In this document: in pieces, positions 40,301 through 55,561 of the stretch
Numbering within the stretch: position 1 is the first letter of the stretch
Layout of the letters: each line of letters begins with the position of its first letter
Assembly (NCBI RefSeq): GCF_006345805.1
Contig: NC_043000.1
Span: forward strand, 48,732,001 to 48,796,000
Direction: 5' to 3'
Source of the DNA: Octopus sinensis
Lineage: Eukaryota
DNA: 64,000 nt
Position numbers and translations under genes: made by a program
The notes under the pieces: model-generated
Seen by the model: only the letters and a program-made list of their open reading frames with translations
Told to the model about the DNA's origin: nothing
Database searches by the model: none

Positions 40301-42309
40301 AAGATATGCCGTAGAAAATGTAGTTTACAAGCAATATATTAAAATATGTTTTTAATGCAAGACTGAATAATGCTAATTTGAATAATTTTAGAATAGAAAT
40401 CGACTGCTTTATATTATCTTTGCTTGTCTGTCTACTTCAGTTTCACTCTCTCTCTGTTTCTGTATTTCTGACTTTTAAAAATATATGTGTGTTCAATGCG
40501 GTTTTCTGTTGGGTGTATGTGGAAGTCTGATAGATTATGTACGCGTTATATAAATGCAGATTACGTCGCGGATCATGTTTCCATTCGATTGAATTCTCCA
40601 GGTACTGAAATTGAAAATAAACATAACTAATAGCATTACGTTATGCCAAGAGTTTATGCAGTGCAATTCTGTTGGTGTCACTGGTGTGTATCAAGAAGTG
40701 GATTTTCCAACTCACAAAGAATAATTTGGGCTGTGTTGAAACATCGAAATTAATTTTTTTCTGTGCAAATGACAGTTATTATAAACAGCGCCTCTTTAAA
40801 TATTTCCTAAATACCTGCGCCTTGTGTGCCACTGCTTGTATGATGCTGATAAGTACACATCCGTCGAGAGATTTCCAGATGTACATAGAGTATGCTGTGA
40901 ACTTCTTCTTAGGACCGGTCGAGAATGATATTTAGCTTTAGTATCAATGAGGTTTCAATGATCGATTGAGCGATTTGCTGAGTCGCTGGTGAAGACTGTA
41001 AAATATAATAGCATCAGATTTTTAGAATCAAAGCTCTATATTTCGTCAATTGTAAGTTATCTTGAAAATGTTGTGGTAGTGAATGGCCATTACATATTTT
41101 TTTATACATCTGCAACTCAATTGTTTATTGTTCTTAGTTAACAACTGGCGGAATTTATACTCACTCAGAAAATTATTTTTGAGTCACAACGGAGTATAGT
41201 TTGAAACACTAACATCTACAGTTATGTAGTATGTAGTGTATAGTGTATATTTTCTTGCCGGGTTTTAGGATAGTCCTTATATGATACTCGTAAGTACTTT
41301 ATTCTTTCTTTGCATCAGTTAACTGCTTGATTTATATTACTCTGCAGCCACTGTAACATGCCATACTTAATATGTATCCAACATTATACGGTAGAGCACA
41401 TAAGATATACCTTGTTACTGACGCTTATTGGTACATGCTTGATGACGTTCATTGAGCGGGAGATTTGGTACAAATATATAATTGGTTTCTTAAAGGATAC
41501 ACTGGATTTTGAGTTTAGCCTCAGTGCCAAATCCAAACAGTTTACCGCTTTAGATACCGCTTCAAACGTCATACTATGCCTAACTTATTTAATGTAATCG
41601 TTTCAATACGGTGCCGGAACGTTTACACTGCTTGATATCCTGAAGCTGTCAACACTCTACAAACACACTAATGCCATTAACGGCGATTTCAATTTAGTTA
41701 AGCAGAAAAACCCTATTATTCCACTTGTTTCAGTGCAGTCAATGCAAACAGTGTGACGTCAAAACCACTTTCTGCGTTCTTTCCTACGAAGCAAGAATAT
41801 AAAAAAAAGGAGCGGAATCCTGGAATTCATGAAGACACACATTCCATTTTATTTAAAATTCGTGTATCCTCCGGTGCAAGCATTGGAAATACAACGATTT
41901 AGCCGTTTATCCGTACTTACCCCACGCACGTGTGCGTGTGTCTTTGTTTCTATGTCTGTGTGTACATATATATGTATATACATATATGTTCATAAATATA
42001 TGAGATGGAATATATATATATTATACGTAGACGTAAAAATTACATATATAGTAAAGAGTGAATGCATATTTCTACTTCAAGATCGCATTTTCGTAGACGG
42101 AATAGATATTTTGTAAATTTTGACAATGAAAGGGGAAACCGTAAAACTTTTATCACTGACTGATACTAAATTTTCTTTTATGGGGTGAAGGCATTCTCAA
42201 ATGAATTCCTGCATGTCACACAATAATTGGCATAATATCGTGTCCTTCATATTGAATGCTTGCTACATTTCTTAAGAATAAAGCATTTATACAATGTTAT
42301 AAATAGCAA

Positions 42310-42395
42310 TAAAAAGACACTGGATATAACCAATACGTGTGTTTTATTGGTAAAATGGCCGTCTTAACATCTATCTGTTTCAACGCACGAATACT
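42310..42395 (+). mobile_element. Short 3' fragment of the 20.2-21.2 kb Penelope-like family
   Basis: CGTGTGTTTTATTGG...TATCTGTTTCAACGCACGA.TACTTCAC. Confidence 0.55.
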
Positions 42396-42945
42396 TCACC
42401 TCGAGAATCCTGCAAATCGAATAAAAAATCCAAATACCATATCAGTCCATGAGTAAGGCGAAACCAATCAATGAATGTAGTAATATTTACTATGAAGGAT
42501 ATGTTATAATTCCCTGAAATCTACAGTATTTTTGAATTAGTTTTGCTTCTATGTAACTCATTTATCAGCAGCTGTTTTTTCCAAACATTCAACAGACTTT
42601 GATTAAATGCGTATGCCAGTAGTTCTTGATGATTATCTTTCTAGCTTTATTGCGCTGTCTCTAGTGTTACTATGGTTTAGATACTGAGGACAGTCGTAAT
42701 TCATGGCGTCAGGTTGCAGTCTTTTTTGATTTTTTTTAAAATTAGGGAACATCTAAATTATACACATGAATATTATATCACGAAGTTCTTCGATGATGTT
42801 TTTACAAAACTGTACTCAATGCAATATGTGTAGGCGTTGCGGCATTTCTATTCTCATTATATATCATTTTTAATTTCTATATTCACATATAATTTGTGGA
42901 AAGGTTCGTTACAACATAAACAGGAAGATACAACAATCGGTGTAG

Positions 42946-42991
<46 letters not shown>

Positions 42992-43129
42992 GTGTGTGTG
43001 CGTGTGGGTATTCATGCAAACACACACACACATATATAGGTACATGTCTACATACTCGTAAATGATATATTTGACAACAATATACCTCAAGTATAGTGAG
43101 AACAGGTTTCATATTAATTTATATTTCTT

Positions 43130-43352
43130 TATTGCCCATAAGTGGCTAAACATAAAGGGGACAAACAAGAACAGACAAAGGGATTAAGTCGATTACATCG
43201 ACCCAGTGCGTAACTGGTAACTATGTCGTCGACCCCGAAAGGATGAAACGCAAAGTCGACCTCGGCGGAATTTGAACTCAGAACGTAGCGGCAGACCAAA
43301 TATCGGTAAACATTTCGCCCGGCGTGCTAATGATTCTGCCAGCTCGCCATCT
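43130..43352 (-). mobile_element. SINE family B, well conserved
   Basis: Matches the 29845-30060 unit. Confidence 0.9.
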
Positions 43353-43393
43353 TAACGATCCTTCCAGATCGTCAGAAACGTTTAAATTTAATA

Positions 43394-43866
43394 CAGGATG
43401 TCCCATAAGTCACTGATGGGTTTCAATTTTTAATAACTTTCTTAACTTCTCAAATAAATGCATGAAATTTTGATACAATATAAAGGACATAATGGAAATG
43501 AATATGCACAAGTCAAACTTTGCACCACCTCTACATCACATATGAAAAATGACATCGCTTAAATGGCAGTCATTTTCGGCTTCGTATGCCCGTGCTCTTT
43601 CCAAAACTTGCACCATAAGACCCTCAAGAATTTCAGACCCTACTTCTCCGGTTTCTCTATTGACTTTTGGGCGTGCGAACCCGAAAATGGCTGCCATTTA
43701 AGAGACGTCATCTTTCGTGTGTGATATAGGAGTGTTGCACAATTTGATTTGTGTATATGAGTTTCCATTATGCCCTTTATATTGTATCAAGATTTCATGC
43801 ATTTATTTATGAAGTTAAGAAAGTTATTAAAAATTGAAACACATCAGTTACTTTTGAGACACTCTG
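43394..43866. mobile_element. Tc1/mariner-type MITE with long (~190 bp) imperfect TIRs and TA target duplication
   Basis: ta|CAGGATGTCCCATAAGT...ACTTTTGAGACACTCTG|ta. Arms pair inward to AAATGGCAGTCATTTTCGG / CCGAAAATGGCTGCCATTT. Confidence 0.85.
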
Positions 43867-44589
43867 TATAAACACTATTTGCGTGTGCGTGTGTGTATGT
43901 GTGTATGTGTGTGTGCGTGCGTACATGCATGTGTGTGACAAAAAGAGAGAAAGAATGAGAGAGAGAAGAAGCCAAACTGGCCATGTGATGATATAAACTA
44001 GCTACGTACTCTGAAGAAATAACCGAGAACACGTAACACTGAATGGAATGAAGAGAGAAATGTGCTCATTGATAATTACCTTTCGAATCTGGATCTGACA
44101 AAATATCATTTTATGCAGCTGGCAATAACAGCCAAAGTTTTCATATTTTAGAACTGCCATCTTAAATTAGTACCCAGTTTTGTAGGGTTTTTTTTACATT
44201 CCCTTTGATATCCGTTATTATATCATATCTCCTATTTTGTCAGCCGAAAAGCTGCTTCTTTTAACGTTTTATTTGTGATATATCGATAGATTTACCTTGC
44301 CGATTTTATGTTTAAATCTAAAGGGAGATTGAAATTACCACCCTTGGTGTTGAACATCACAAAATGACAAGATGTGATGAAAAGAAATTTGTGTTCTGAC
44401 TTGTAATTTCTCACGTTCATTTTGTTTTTATTCGAAGCTTTCAATTGTCCTCTGAATTTGGATCGGCGTGACGCTGAGATTTTCGCCAAAATACACACAC
44501 GCACTCACACAAACGCACATCACACACAGACACACAGACACGCAGACACACACACACACCACACACACACACACACACGCGGGCGCACG

Positions 44590-44661
<72 letters not shown>

Positions 44662-45432
44662 GTGGCTCAATACCCTGATCAGCACACCACATCCATACAT
44701 GTGTTGCCTTATAATTGTATAGTTTAGGTTGTTATAAGCTCAATATCGTACAGTATTAAAATTACCTGCACACTGATGCAGTTATGCCTGGGTATAACTA
44801 TGATATCGCGATGTGGATATAATAGTGAAGCGCTGTGTGGGACACTGAGTTAAAAATGCCATGCAAAATAAATTACATCATGGATTCTACCCAAGAGTAA
44901 TACTTTCAATAGGATGAGTCTTTCAAACTCCTAACGAGAACATCATCATCTGTTTGGACGAGTATTCACGTATGTATATATGTTTGTATGTATATGTGTA
45001 CATATGTTTGTATGTGTGTATGTATATATGCATTATGCATGGAAGAACTTTACCAATATAAACAGCGTATGTGTGTCGTTGAAAACATGCAGTACTATTG
45101 CAAATCAGTGTAGAGTTATACACAATTTCTCTGTACCTCAGACTGAGTGATTCAATTTCATTTAGAAAGTAGCACGAGTACATGTCACTGACAAGCCACA
45201 ACAGCATGGAGACACATAGGAAACACTTTCAGCCACTTCTGGGGTGATTTCCTGTCGTTTTGCTTTCAACTATATAGTATCTACACAATACATCTATAAT
45301 GTGATGTTTTTAGGACGTAAAACGGCAGCCTCTGGATTTTCAACTCCATACACACGTTAAGTATGATACATTAATAAAGGTTTTTCTATAAAGTTACATT
45401 TGCTGCATAATTCGAATATATATATATATATA

Positions 45433-45894
<462 letters not shown>

Positions 45895-46079
45895 ATGTGT
45901 GTGCGCGCGTGAATTTCTCAATCAGAAGATGGATGCCGGATTTACAGTAAAGTTTATATGCGCCAAATATTGGTTGTAATATGTCATCTAGTATGAAATT
46001 TGTAGTAAGGTATCTGGAAAACCTTTTGCACTTTATAAAGTATTTATAAATCATGTTTTACTATATTTGCTTAGAAATA

Positions 46080-47075
46080 GATACGTCGGAAATTAGTAGA
46101 GTTCTGAAATATGAATTCTTTCTTGGAAATACAGCATCACAGACAGCTCGGAATATTAATGGAGTATTTTATTCTAATGTTATTACAGAGCAGACAATAT
46201 AAATTGCCTTGCAAAATTTCGTTCTGGTAACTTTGACCTCACAAAATAGCAAAGGTGAGTAATGACGAACTGAAAGCCACTGTTGAATCAGATCCATCTC
46301 AAAGTGCCCGTTAATTATCGTTGTTGCTTGGTCTTAGCAAGCAAAAAATATTGACTCACCCAGTTCAAATCGGTAAAGTGAAAAAAATTAGATAAGTTGG
46401 TTCCATATGAACTCAACGAAAATCAGAAACAGCAATGTTTGGAAGCCTGCATTATGCTACTTTCTCGTCACAAAAATTAATCATTTTAGTAACATGTGAT
46501 GAGTAATGGATCCAATACAGCAACCGTAAACGTTCAGCACAATTCTTGGACAAAGACGAACCACCAAAACAAAGTCCAAAAACTAGACTTCATCAAAAGG
46601 AGCTGATGGTGTGTGATTGGTGGTCTGGCGCAGGTGTGATCCATTATGATTTCATTAAATGTGGGTCATCAAACACAGCCGAAGTATAGTGCTACCAACT
46701 GGACCAAATGATGCAGAAACTTACAAAAAGACAGCCTAAATTAATCAACAGATCCACTCCTATTTTATTGCAATACAACGCCAGACCACACATCGAAAAA
46801 ATGACATTGGCGAAACTACAGGTGCTGAAGTTCGAAGTTCTCCGTCATCGACCATACTCAGCTGATCTTGTCCCCACTGACTACCACTTCTTCCAGAATT
46901 TGGATAACTTTCTGATAGGAAAGAAATTTAATTCCGACGATGCTGTTAAACAGAGCTTCTAAGATTTTATTGACTTTAGATTGCCAGGCTTTTACAGTTC
47001 CGGGTTGGTCAAGCTCTCGCTGTAAATGACAAAAGTGTATTGACAGTATGGGTGCATACTTTGATGAATAAAACT
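46080..47075 (+). mobile_element. Decayed mariner (DD34D-type) transposon, transposase pseudogene
   Basis: LKYEFFLGNTASQTARNIN; KFRSGNFDL; DKLVPYEL (WVPHEL); VTCDE*WIQY; LLQYNARPH; HRPYSADLVPTDYHFF (YSPDLAP.D). Multiple stops and frameshifts; TIRs not resolved. Confidence 0.92.
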
Positions 47076-47404
47076 ATTACTTGTATTTATAAAACATTCG
47101 CAACCTATTTTTGTTGTCTTTTCTACTAACTTCATACTTGAAGACGTCATATATTCATAAACTTTCGCACACTTCATCAGCCAGCATTGCAAATATTACA
47201 CAATTGCAAGCCCAAAGAAACAGCTATTATACCTGAAATATCATCCGCTCTCCTCTTTGTTTTATGCCTCATTTGTAATCAATGTAAATTTGTTCTGTAA
47301 ATATATAAATGTCTATCTGCATATACTTGAATGTTCATCTTAATATTATATATATATATTTATATGTATGTATGTATATATACATATATATATATGTATT
47401 CAGA

Positions 47405-47645
47405 TGAATATGGTACTTAAGTTGAGGCACCAGAATTTAGTACGGTATTATCCATACAATTTCTAAGTAAGGTGATTAAAATCAAAATAAGCAACAAGGA
47501 TACCCAGAGATAATGCTGTGCGATCGTTTCATGTAACTCCATTCAATTGAACAATGCAATCATGTTATCATTGCATTGTTCATTTAAATGGAGTTGCATG
47601 AAACGATCGTACTGCATTACTTCTGGATATCTTTGCTGCTTCTTT

Positions 47646-47649
<4 letters not shown>
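47405..47649 (-). mobile_element. Fold-back element with ~80-bp imperfect arms (47481-47560 / 47570-47649) between AT microsatellites
   Basis: ATCAAAATAAGCAACAAGGATACCCAG...CAATGCAAT versus its reverse complement ending TCTTTTGAT. Contains GAAAC-GATC-GTA. Confidence 0.75.
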
Positions 47650-47682
<33 letters not shown>

Positions 47683-47683
47683 C

Positions 47684-47759
<76 letters not shown>

Positions 47760-48189
47760 CACACATTTATGTATGACATTCTTCACTCTTGCAGAGTATG
47801 CAGAGTTTCAGTGAGAAAGGGCGAGTAGAAAATTCTCAAGTTATTGTGAATTTCAATCTTGCTCCCGAAGTCTTTTTTGGCCGCCTGTGTGTTTGTGTCC
47901 GTGCGCGCGTCTGTGTGCGTCTATGTGTGTTTGTGTGTGTGTGTGTGTATGTGTGTATGTGTGAAGGTGCTTTTGTGTAAGTATGAGTGTGTATGTGCTT
48001 GTGAGTAAGTGAGTGTTAGTGGGCTCCAATGCTCTTGGGCACGCGAGTGTCCGACTGATCGTAGTTATGACTAGCAATTTAGAGTGGCTCAAAATTTTGA
48101 AAAGAATAATCGAAAGGAACGGTTATATTTTGGCATCATTAGAGCTGTTTAGTGGCACATTTTATAGTTTTCAATTGGAAAATTGATAA

Positions 48190-48221
<32 letters not shown>

Positions 48222-48249
48222 GAAAAGAGATTGCGAATATTGGTTTCAA

Positions 48250-48410
48250 GTTTTAGCAGAAGTCTACCCAGTGCTCAACTGTACTTATTTTGTCAACACT
48301 AGAAGTATGAAATGCGTTTTATCTCAGAAGAATTTGAACTTTGAGCGTAAAACGGACGAAATATCGCAAAGCAAATTTTCCAGCGTGCTAAGGATCCTGC
48401 TAGCTCACCA
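48250..48410 (-). mobile_element. SINE family B, degenerate
   Basis: GAATTTGAACT...GCTAAGGATCCTGCTAGCTCACC. Confidence 0.7.
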
Positions 48411-51400
48411 CATTACTGATTATGATTAAAAAAGTAGGTCTGATGATAATTGTGTATACTGATAGGTAGCTTCATTGATATCTCTTTTTATGTGTCACAA
48501 TTTGTGCAGCCATTTTTAACGAGCTCAGCTATCAAAGTCTCACCTGCTGACTTTTGCTTGCACTAATTTGTAGTAAGTGATTCAGCAAGTGTATTAAATA
48601 ATTTTTCTTTATGAAGATATTCTTTCTAAAATATATATCTGTAATTGTTTACTTGCAATGGAAATCATTTATTTGTTTGTTATATATGTCTGGTTTTATT
48701 ATAAATATTTAAAAACATTGTGTATGCTTATTAATGGATGGAATTGTATGTATATAAATATTTAACTTCTGCTTGAAAAATAATATAAAAGAATTTTTCC
48801 TGTCATACTTCTCGTATAATGATATATCTTCAGGAGATTTATAGATTTATATTTATAAAGCGCAATTGTGATACACAAATTTATGCAATAGTCCCTTTAG
48901 CTAGTGATAATATATTACATAGGCAAAAGCTAGTTCATATTTTGGTGGAGAGTAGATTTAATAATATTGCTTAAATGAGATAACTGGAAGTGATTTTATG
49001 ACGCAGGAAGGATGAAAGACCAAGATGTCATCAGCGAAATCTGAACGCGCAACTAAAGGGAATGTCCCTAAATATGAGAAGAAAATTCGAAGATGCACTA
49101 TCGACTCTGAAATCCATTGCATTTGCTTCACTAATCACAATGATAGTCAATTCTGTCTTTGAATGGATAACTAATTGAAACTAATCTCGTCTTGAGCGAT
49201 AAAGGATGGTAATAATGTCATATTAATTACTCTTGAAGAGAATCGATTTCACTGTGGGTTTCCTTATTATAAGAAGTAGCTTTGTCTTGCATAAGTATTT
49301 AAAATTATAAGTGAAACTGAAAAATGATTCCGGAAAGATAGAAGGAGAAAAGTCGAATCAGATACGAATTGAACTACCCCTTGTCTAATTTCCCATTGTC
49401 CAATCAATCATCTATGTCATCCATATGCCAATATTGACAAGTTAAAATGGACTTGTGCTAAAATTTGAAATCTATTTTGAGAAGTTAAATTGAATAAACA
49501 CAATGAAAATGAAGCATATTAAGTCATAGTAATATACCACTTCACTGATAGATCTTTGAAGTTTGAAATATTCAGTTATTACTGAAGATCAAGAAATCTT
49601 CGTTATTAAAAGCTTTCAAAGTTTTCTGTTTAACACCAAGTATTTTGCCGGCTTTAGCGATTACTTCGAACTTGCGATCGATTTTATGATCACTTCGAAT
49701 GAAAAAGGGATATTTTATCAGGTTTCCTAGTCAAAACTGGGATTAAGATTTACTTAATTTAGCAGCACTATAATATAACAGATTAGTTATCAATTAAAGA
49801 TTTTGACTGCAACTACGCATGGGTTGTATTTACAAATCGTTTGAACGAAACGTTGTCTTCAACATTGAAATTTTGTGACACTAATGAGGAATTCGAAGAG
49901 CCGAACATTTGTTTCTTATAAACCCCACATGACTGACATATGTCACCATTCACGTTCCTGATCATAAATATTATGTAAAACCAGTAAATAAGATATATAT
50001 GTACATGTCTAGTATGTTTCCTATGGATGTGTTTGTTGAAATCAATTGATATTTATAGAGAAAAAGCGAATGTTGAATAGAATTAATTATATAATCATAT
50101 AATTAAGGAAAACATTTAAATATATAATATGTACGTACCGGGTCAGTAGCTATTCACAATCGATTCTAGAGCAACATATATGTTTGTTTATGGCGATTTC
50201 ACGTAGTATTTATTCAATAGAAATTGTCAAAATGAGCACATGTATAATATAGATGATTGTACAATAGAAATTAACACACGAAGCTTTATAATACTGAATT
50301 CAATTCACAACGGATTCGATGTTCCTGTTCCTCCTTTCCGAATCAATATAATATTTAATATTTAATAGGTAGTGCTCTTTTCCCGAAGCAATTGTATTGT
50401 GCATAAATAAACACTCAATCAGTAATAATGTAGTAAAAACAGGCTATCAAATTTAATATTTTACATTAGTTGTTCTAGTCTTTCAATATCAAATGTTTTA
50501 TACAAATACTACCCTAGATTGTTCTGTCGTATATTCATATGTATCAGTAATATTGAAGAACTAAATCAATCGCCTATTGAAATAGCACCAATATTTGTTA
50601 GGAAGTATACCAATTTTTCTTCCTTTATATTTTGTCATTCAGCTGATTGCAAATTCCATGATATCACAATTTAATATAACATAAATTTTCCTAACATACC
50701 AAAAAACATGTACGCAATTGATTAGGTAATATAAATATATAGTTAAAAAACATGAAGAGGCATTTTCAAATGTTGTATTCACAATACAATAAAGTGAAAC
50801 ATACTTTCCCTATATCATTTACGTTCCTCTAAACTCTTACTTTCGAAAATGCCTAATTGCCCAGGTAAAGAACATGTACACGTTTTAAAAGAACTTTTCA
50901 TGAAAAAGATAAGCATTTGGAGTGCCTTTGTAAAACATCTTCGGAAAACAGCTTTTGTTATACGTTTCCCATTTCACTCTATCTCTTTTTTAAGGTTTTT
51001 TAGTATGGCAGTTAAAGCAGCTTCGTACATGCTAGCTTTTGTTGTCGAGAAACTCGAAAGTATGCATTAGAATAACTTCATTGTACATAGATATGTTCCT
51101 ATTTCTTGAAAGTAAATGTAACATGACAATTTTAGGAAAAGCTTTTGGACGAGATAAAAAAGCAAATGAAAAATGAAACACAATTGAAACAAATGTTTTA
51201 CAGTTACTCTAACATGCTTGTAAGTCTTTCTTTTTACCTGTGTCTTTCTTGCATTCAGCAATCGCAGAATAGTTCAGTTCCTATTGTTCTTAAATGATTA
51301 AGTTAAACAAAAGGTAAATGAGTTTCTATAGATTTGTATTGCAAAAAAAAAAGTCCCGTTTTGCTCAGCATAATTCAATGTAATATATAACACCAGGTAT

Positions 51401-52806
51401 ACCTTGAAATAAGGATGTAATTTTGGTCACATTGTGAAAAGTAGCAAAATATTAGGACTAAAGGTTTATCTTTTTCTGAGGTGGTAAAAAGTGTTCTCCA
51501 ATATTGTTTATAATCATTTTAGTTCTCGTTCAGAGAAAGTATACTAATAGACAGAAATTAGTAGACTGTTCGTATTTATAGCTCGTTCAAGCTAGAAATA
51601 GCCTTAACGATTCAGTCTATTTTTCTTTGAAGAAGCTCTTAAAGGGTAAGAGATTAGTCTGGTTTACCCAGTTTTTCTTATTCAAAGTAAGATAAAACTT
51701 GTTGGATAACTTGTCTGTCTATACATCATATCGAGACTACAAGTATATCTTTATTAAATCGTAAACCTTACGTTTTAACTTACCCTAAAACACCGTGTGA
51801 TGCATTAGGACACCATTTAATTTAATCATATCCCTATCCGTTTTGAGCATATTAAACATTATATTTTTATGTCCTGGAAATATATGATGCTGAAAAGTCC
51901 TTAACACAAGCAAAGCAAATTGTCTGATACATTAACTGAAAATAGTAAAATGAAATTCTATATAAATTATAAGGAGTTAATTACTTCAGTAAAATCACTA
52001 AGACATCAAACGTTTCTAATATAAATATAAAGCAGGAAGTCTGCTGAAGAGGAAATGTATTTAACTTTATGAAAGAAAAGGTTAATTTATAACCCAGACA
52101 TTGTATTTACCTAGTTATTGTGCTGCATCACAACCTACTATTTTAGTTCTTAATGTTTCATATTCTTTTTGCTTTTAGTTCACCTTGCAAGAAAATAAAG
52201 TGATTGATATTAGAAGTGGCGTTTGATATTTAACGCATTAACTACAACGAAACTATATATAATCAATTATATACCTATAAATCATGATCAAATGTTATAG
52301 TGTTCCTCACTCAGTATGATATAAGTCCAGTAAAGACTTGGGAAAAATCAGTGAATTCCCCTAACAATACGCGATTTAGAAGTGATAGAAGTGTTCCTCA
52401 AAACACAACACAATGCTAAATTAAGCAGATTCTACATCCACTAGTAACGGTAAAATGTAAACACCAGACAGATGAGATAAGTCAAACGATAGAGTTCAGA
52501 TTCCGGCGGTAATCTCTGCACGTATCACATTATGCAGACCTACTATAACACAAACTAGCACTGCCTTATATTGAAGAGGAAAGTATGAAGTTCTAGAAAA
52601 GTTTATGATGTATATAGGAAACTTTACTGTCCAAAACATATTGAAGACACTGGAAAAAATGGGATTTCAATAAAATATTAGATGAGTGTGTGTGTTTGTA
52701 CATAGATATGTACAAGTTGATGTGTGTACATAAACATATATAAAAACATACGCACGCGCACGGACGCACACACAAACACACATACACACACGCACGCATA
52801 CACACA

Positions 52807-52841
<35 letters not shown>

Positions 52842-52842
52842 C

Positions 52843-52988
52843 GACGGGCTTCTTTCTGTTTCCGTCTACGAAATCCACACACGAGGCTTTTGTCGGCCCG
52901 AGGCTATAGTAGAAGACACCTGGCCAAGGTGCCACGCAGTGGGACTGAACCCGGAACCATGTGGTTCGTAAGCAAGCTACTTACGCCT
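52843..52988 (-). mobile_element. SINE family A head and core with a small internal 5' deletion
   Basis: Near-consensus family A. GCTACTTAC|GCC lacks the CACACAGCCACTCCTGC segment. Confidence 0.9.
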
Positions 52989-53149
52989 ATATATATATAT
53001 ATACATATATATACCACCTAACTGATCATGCAAATATATCATGGCCACTTATGACATTGCAGAAAGATCTGAAAGCAATATACAAATATACTAGTGGGCC
53101 GATGAAAATAATATTCTGTTCATTGCTGAGAAATTTGAAGCACTCATTT

Positions 53150-53450
53150 AGCGGCCAACAAACAGACTATAACCGGAATGCACACGGCCAGGGTGTAGTG
53201 CGATGCCAGAGACAAACTCAATGCATGACCTGAAATCCTCCGGTCTAATGATGCATAGTCGCCAAAATGGCAACGCTGTTTAAGTGGGTGGCACGTTGGA
53301 TTCTGAGATCATTCACCATTCAGAATCAGGGAAAAGTACCCCCATCTCTTCTCATGGAGGACTTTCATTCTCAGTGGTTTGGGTTACTGCTCCCAACTGT
53401 GATCATCGCAGAGCATAAAAGTGGTAGTGGAAATCGAGGCTGTCCAGTGC
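53150..53450 (-). mobile_element. Possible highly degenerate Gypsy-type RT relic
   Basis: Minus strand RDGGTF...VNDLRIQRAT, then GFQV...HRTTPWPCAFRL, loosely resemble LTR-RT motifs. Confidence 0.3.
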
Positions 53451-54311
53451 CATAACACAAACAAGATTGGTTTGGTGCCAGAGATGAGCCACTGAGAGAG
53501 GCTAAAGGAATTTAAGCTCTATCTGCTGCAGAAAACACGCGAAAGATATGCAGTTATGTACATATGAAAGGTATAGCTACTAACCGTGGAACTGAGACTA
53601 TAGCAGTCACCGAAATGGATGGCACAGCATTGTACTATTTTCAACACATATCCAGTACTGTAAGCCTGGGTTTCATGGGTCCATAAATATTCAGTATCAG
53701 CCGAACAACATCTGAGATTTGCATATTATAGATGCGTAGGTCTTCGAATGATCATCTAGGCAAATGTTTATCTCAGATACGAGTTGAATCTACATCGCGG
53801 CCGGAGGCACAAAGAATTGTCTGCTTTAGTAGGAAGTCGATCCACTAAGCATAGGCTTCTAGGTTGGTTCCTGTTTTCTGTATTCTACATTCACTGCTGT
53901 TACCTAAAAACCTACCCACGCCGTGCACGTTTAAATTTGATGTTACTATTGACAATCGTCTAAATTTAAAGTTTCTTTGTGTGGTCTTCAAATTACATAG
54001 TTCAAGCATTAGATTTCCTAGCAAAATATGTTCTATCTTTTATGGCTTAGATGTAATCTTAACATTTGTTTCTACAAAATATTGTACAACTTTCTTGCAA
54101 TAACGAGAAAGATAAACCGAAATTTAAGAAGAAATTGATGTTCACTTTACATCATCTTTAAATCTATCGTTTCATTCTGCATATTCTCTGTGTCCCCTTC
54201 ACTATCATACATACATATATATATATATGAATACACACATACATGCACACTCAGGCAGATAGTCACATACATGGACACATACGTACACACATATATACCC
54301 ACATATAAAAT

Positions 54312-54470
54312 AAAGCGTACTCCGCAGACAGGTGCACCCTTCACGTAGTTCTCGGGGAGATTCCGCGTGACACAGAGTGTGACAAAGCTGGCCCTTTGAA
54401 ATAATGATACTATTCATTTTTGCCATCTAAGTAGACTGGAGCAACGTGAAATAAAGTGACTTGCTTATAT
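54312..54470 (-). mobile_element. SINE family C-related central fragment
   Basis: Reverse complement of GGCCAGCTTTGTCACACTCTGTGTCACGCGGAATCTCCCCGAGAACTACG. Confidence 0.8.
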
Positions 54471-55561
54471 GATACACACACACACATACACACATGCATA
54501 TACATATATATATATATATACATATACATATGAGTTTGTGCGTGTGTTTTTGTGTGTGTCTGTTTCCCTTTGTGTGTGTATGTGTGCGTGTGAGACACTT
54601 AAGTCCACTGAAAATTTCGTAATTCATTTCCGGTTTCAGAATACAATCTAGATGAGTAATATACTTCAAACTTAAGATCTATAGAAAATGATATGTTAAT
54701 ATTTTCTCAAGTCCTGTACAGTACATTGAAAAATATACCAGTTACATTAAACACCAGGACTTTCATGAATATTCAGTATGTGTATCGCAATGTTTTTAAA
54801 CGTCCCAAAAAATTTAATCAATGAACATTTTGAAGTTCTGATATTTCACACGATTTGGTTAAGATGAATTATTTTACAAATTATATTTGTATCAAGTTAC
54901 AAAAATAATTACTATAAGGCAATACAGTCCCTGACAATGCATATAGTAAATCTTGAAAAAGAAACGAACCAGGGAGACAGGTTTTTCTTTCAAATTCTAT
55001 TGAAATTTTTCTACATGTAGTCAAATCAGAAGAGAAAGGCTAGTTTACTTTTTGAAACTGGATTGGGATGATCCTAATGATTTTACAATAGTGAGGGTAC
55101 CACTAAATTTATGCAAGTAGAGATTGTGATGTTACTATGGATATTTCTTTCTCATAATACTTCAGTCACTCATTATTTTGCATTAAAATAGCTAGCTGCG
55201 TTTAAGCCCATATCTGATTTATATCAACAGCGGACATTGAGAATTAATTTTAACATACAAAGAATTTGTACTGCGGGTGAAATTTTGTTCAATCTTTGAT
55301 ATGTTGAATTTATAGTATTTTAATTTTTGAAAGTAGATTATTTGAATAAAGTATTTTCAATTATATAAAATAATCCCAAAATCTCTAAAGTTATGAAAGA
55401 TAATATTTCTCATTTCTGATTCTGCATAATTTATATTTACGGCGTCATTCGCATTTTGTGTATGAATGTCTACAGTTTATTTTAGAATTTACCCACAAGA
55501 ACGAAATTGTTAGAAGGAAGCTGCTATTTGGGGTCTGCATATATATATATTAATAATTATT

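Noticed and set aside
40824-40997. Minus-strand exon candidate with TTTTACAG acceptor and CAG|GTATTT donor
   Set aside because: All three frames contain stops and no recognisable product. The faint hAT resemblance had the wrong motif spacing.
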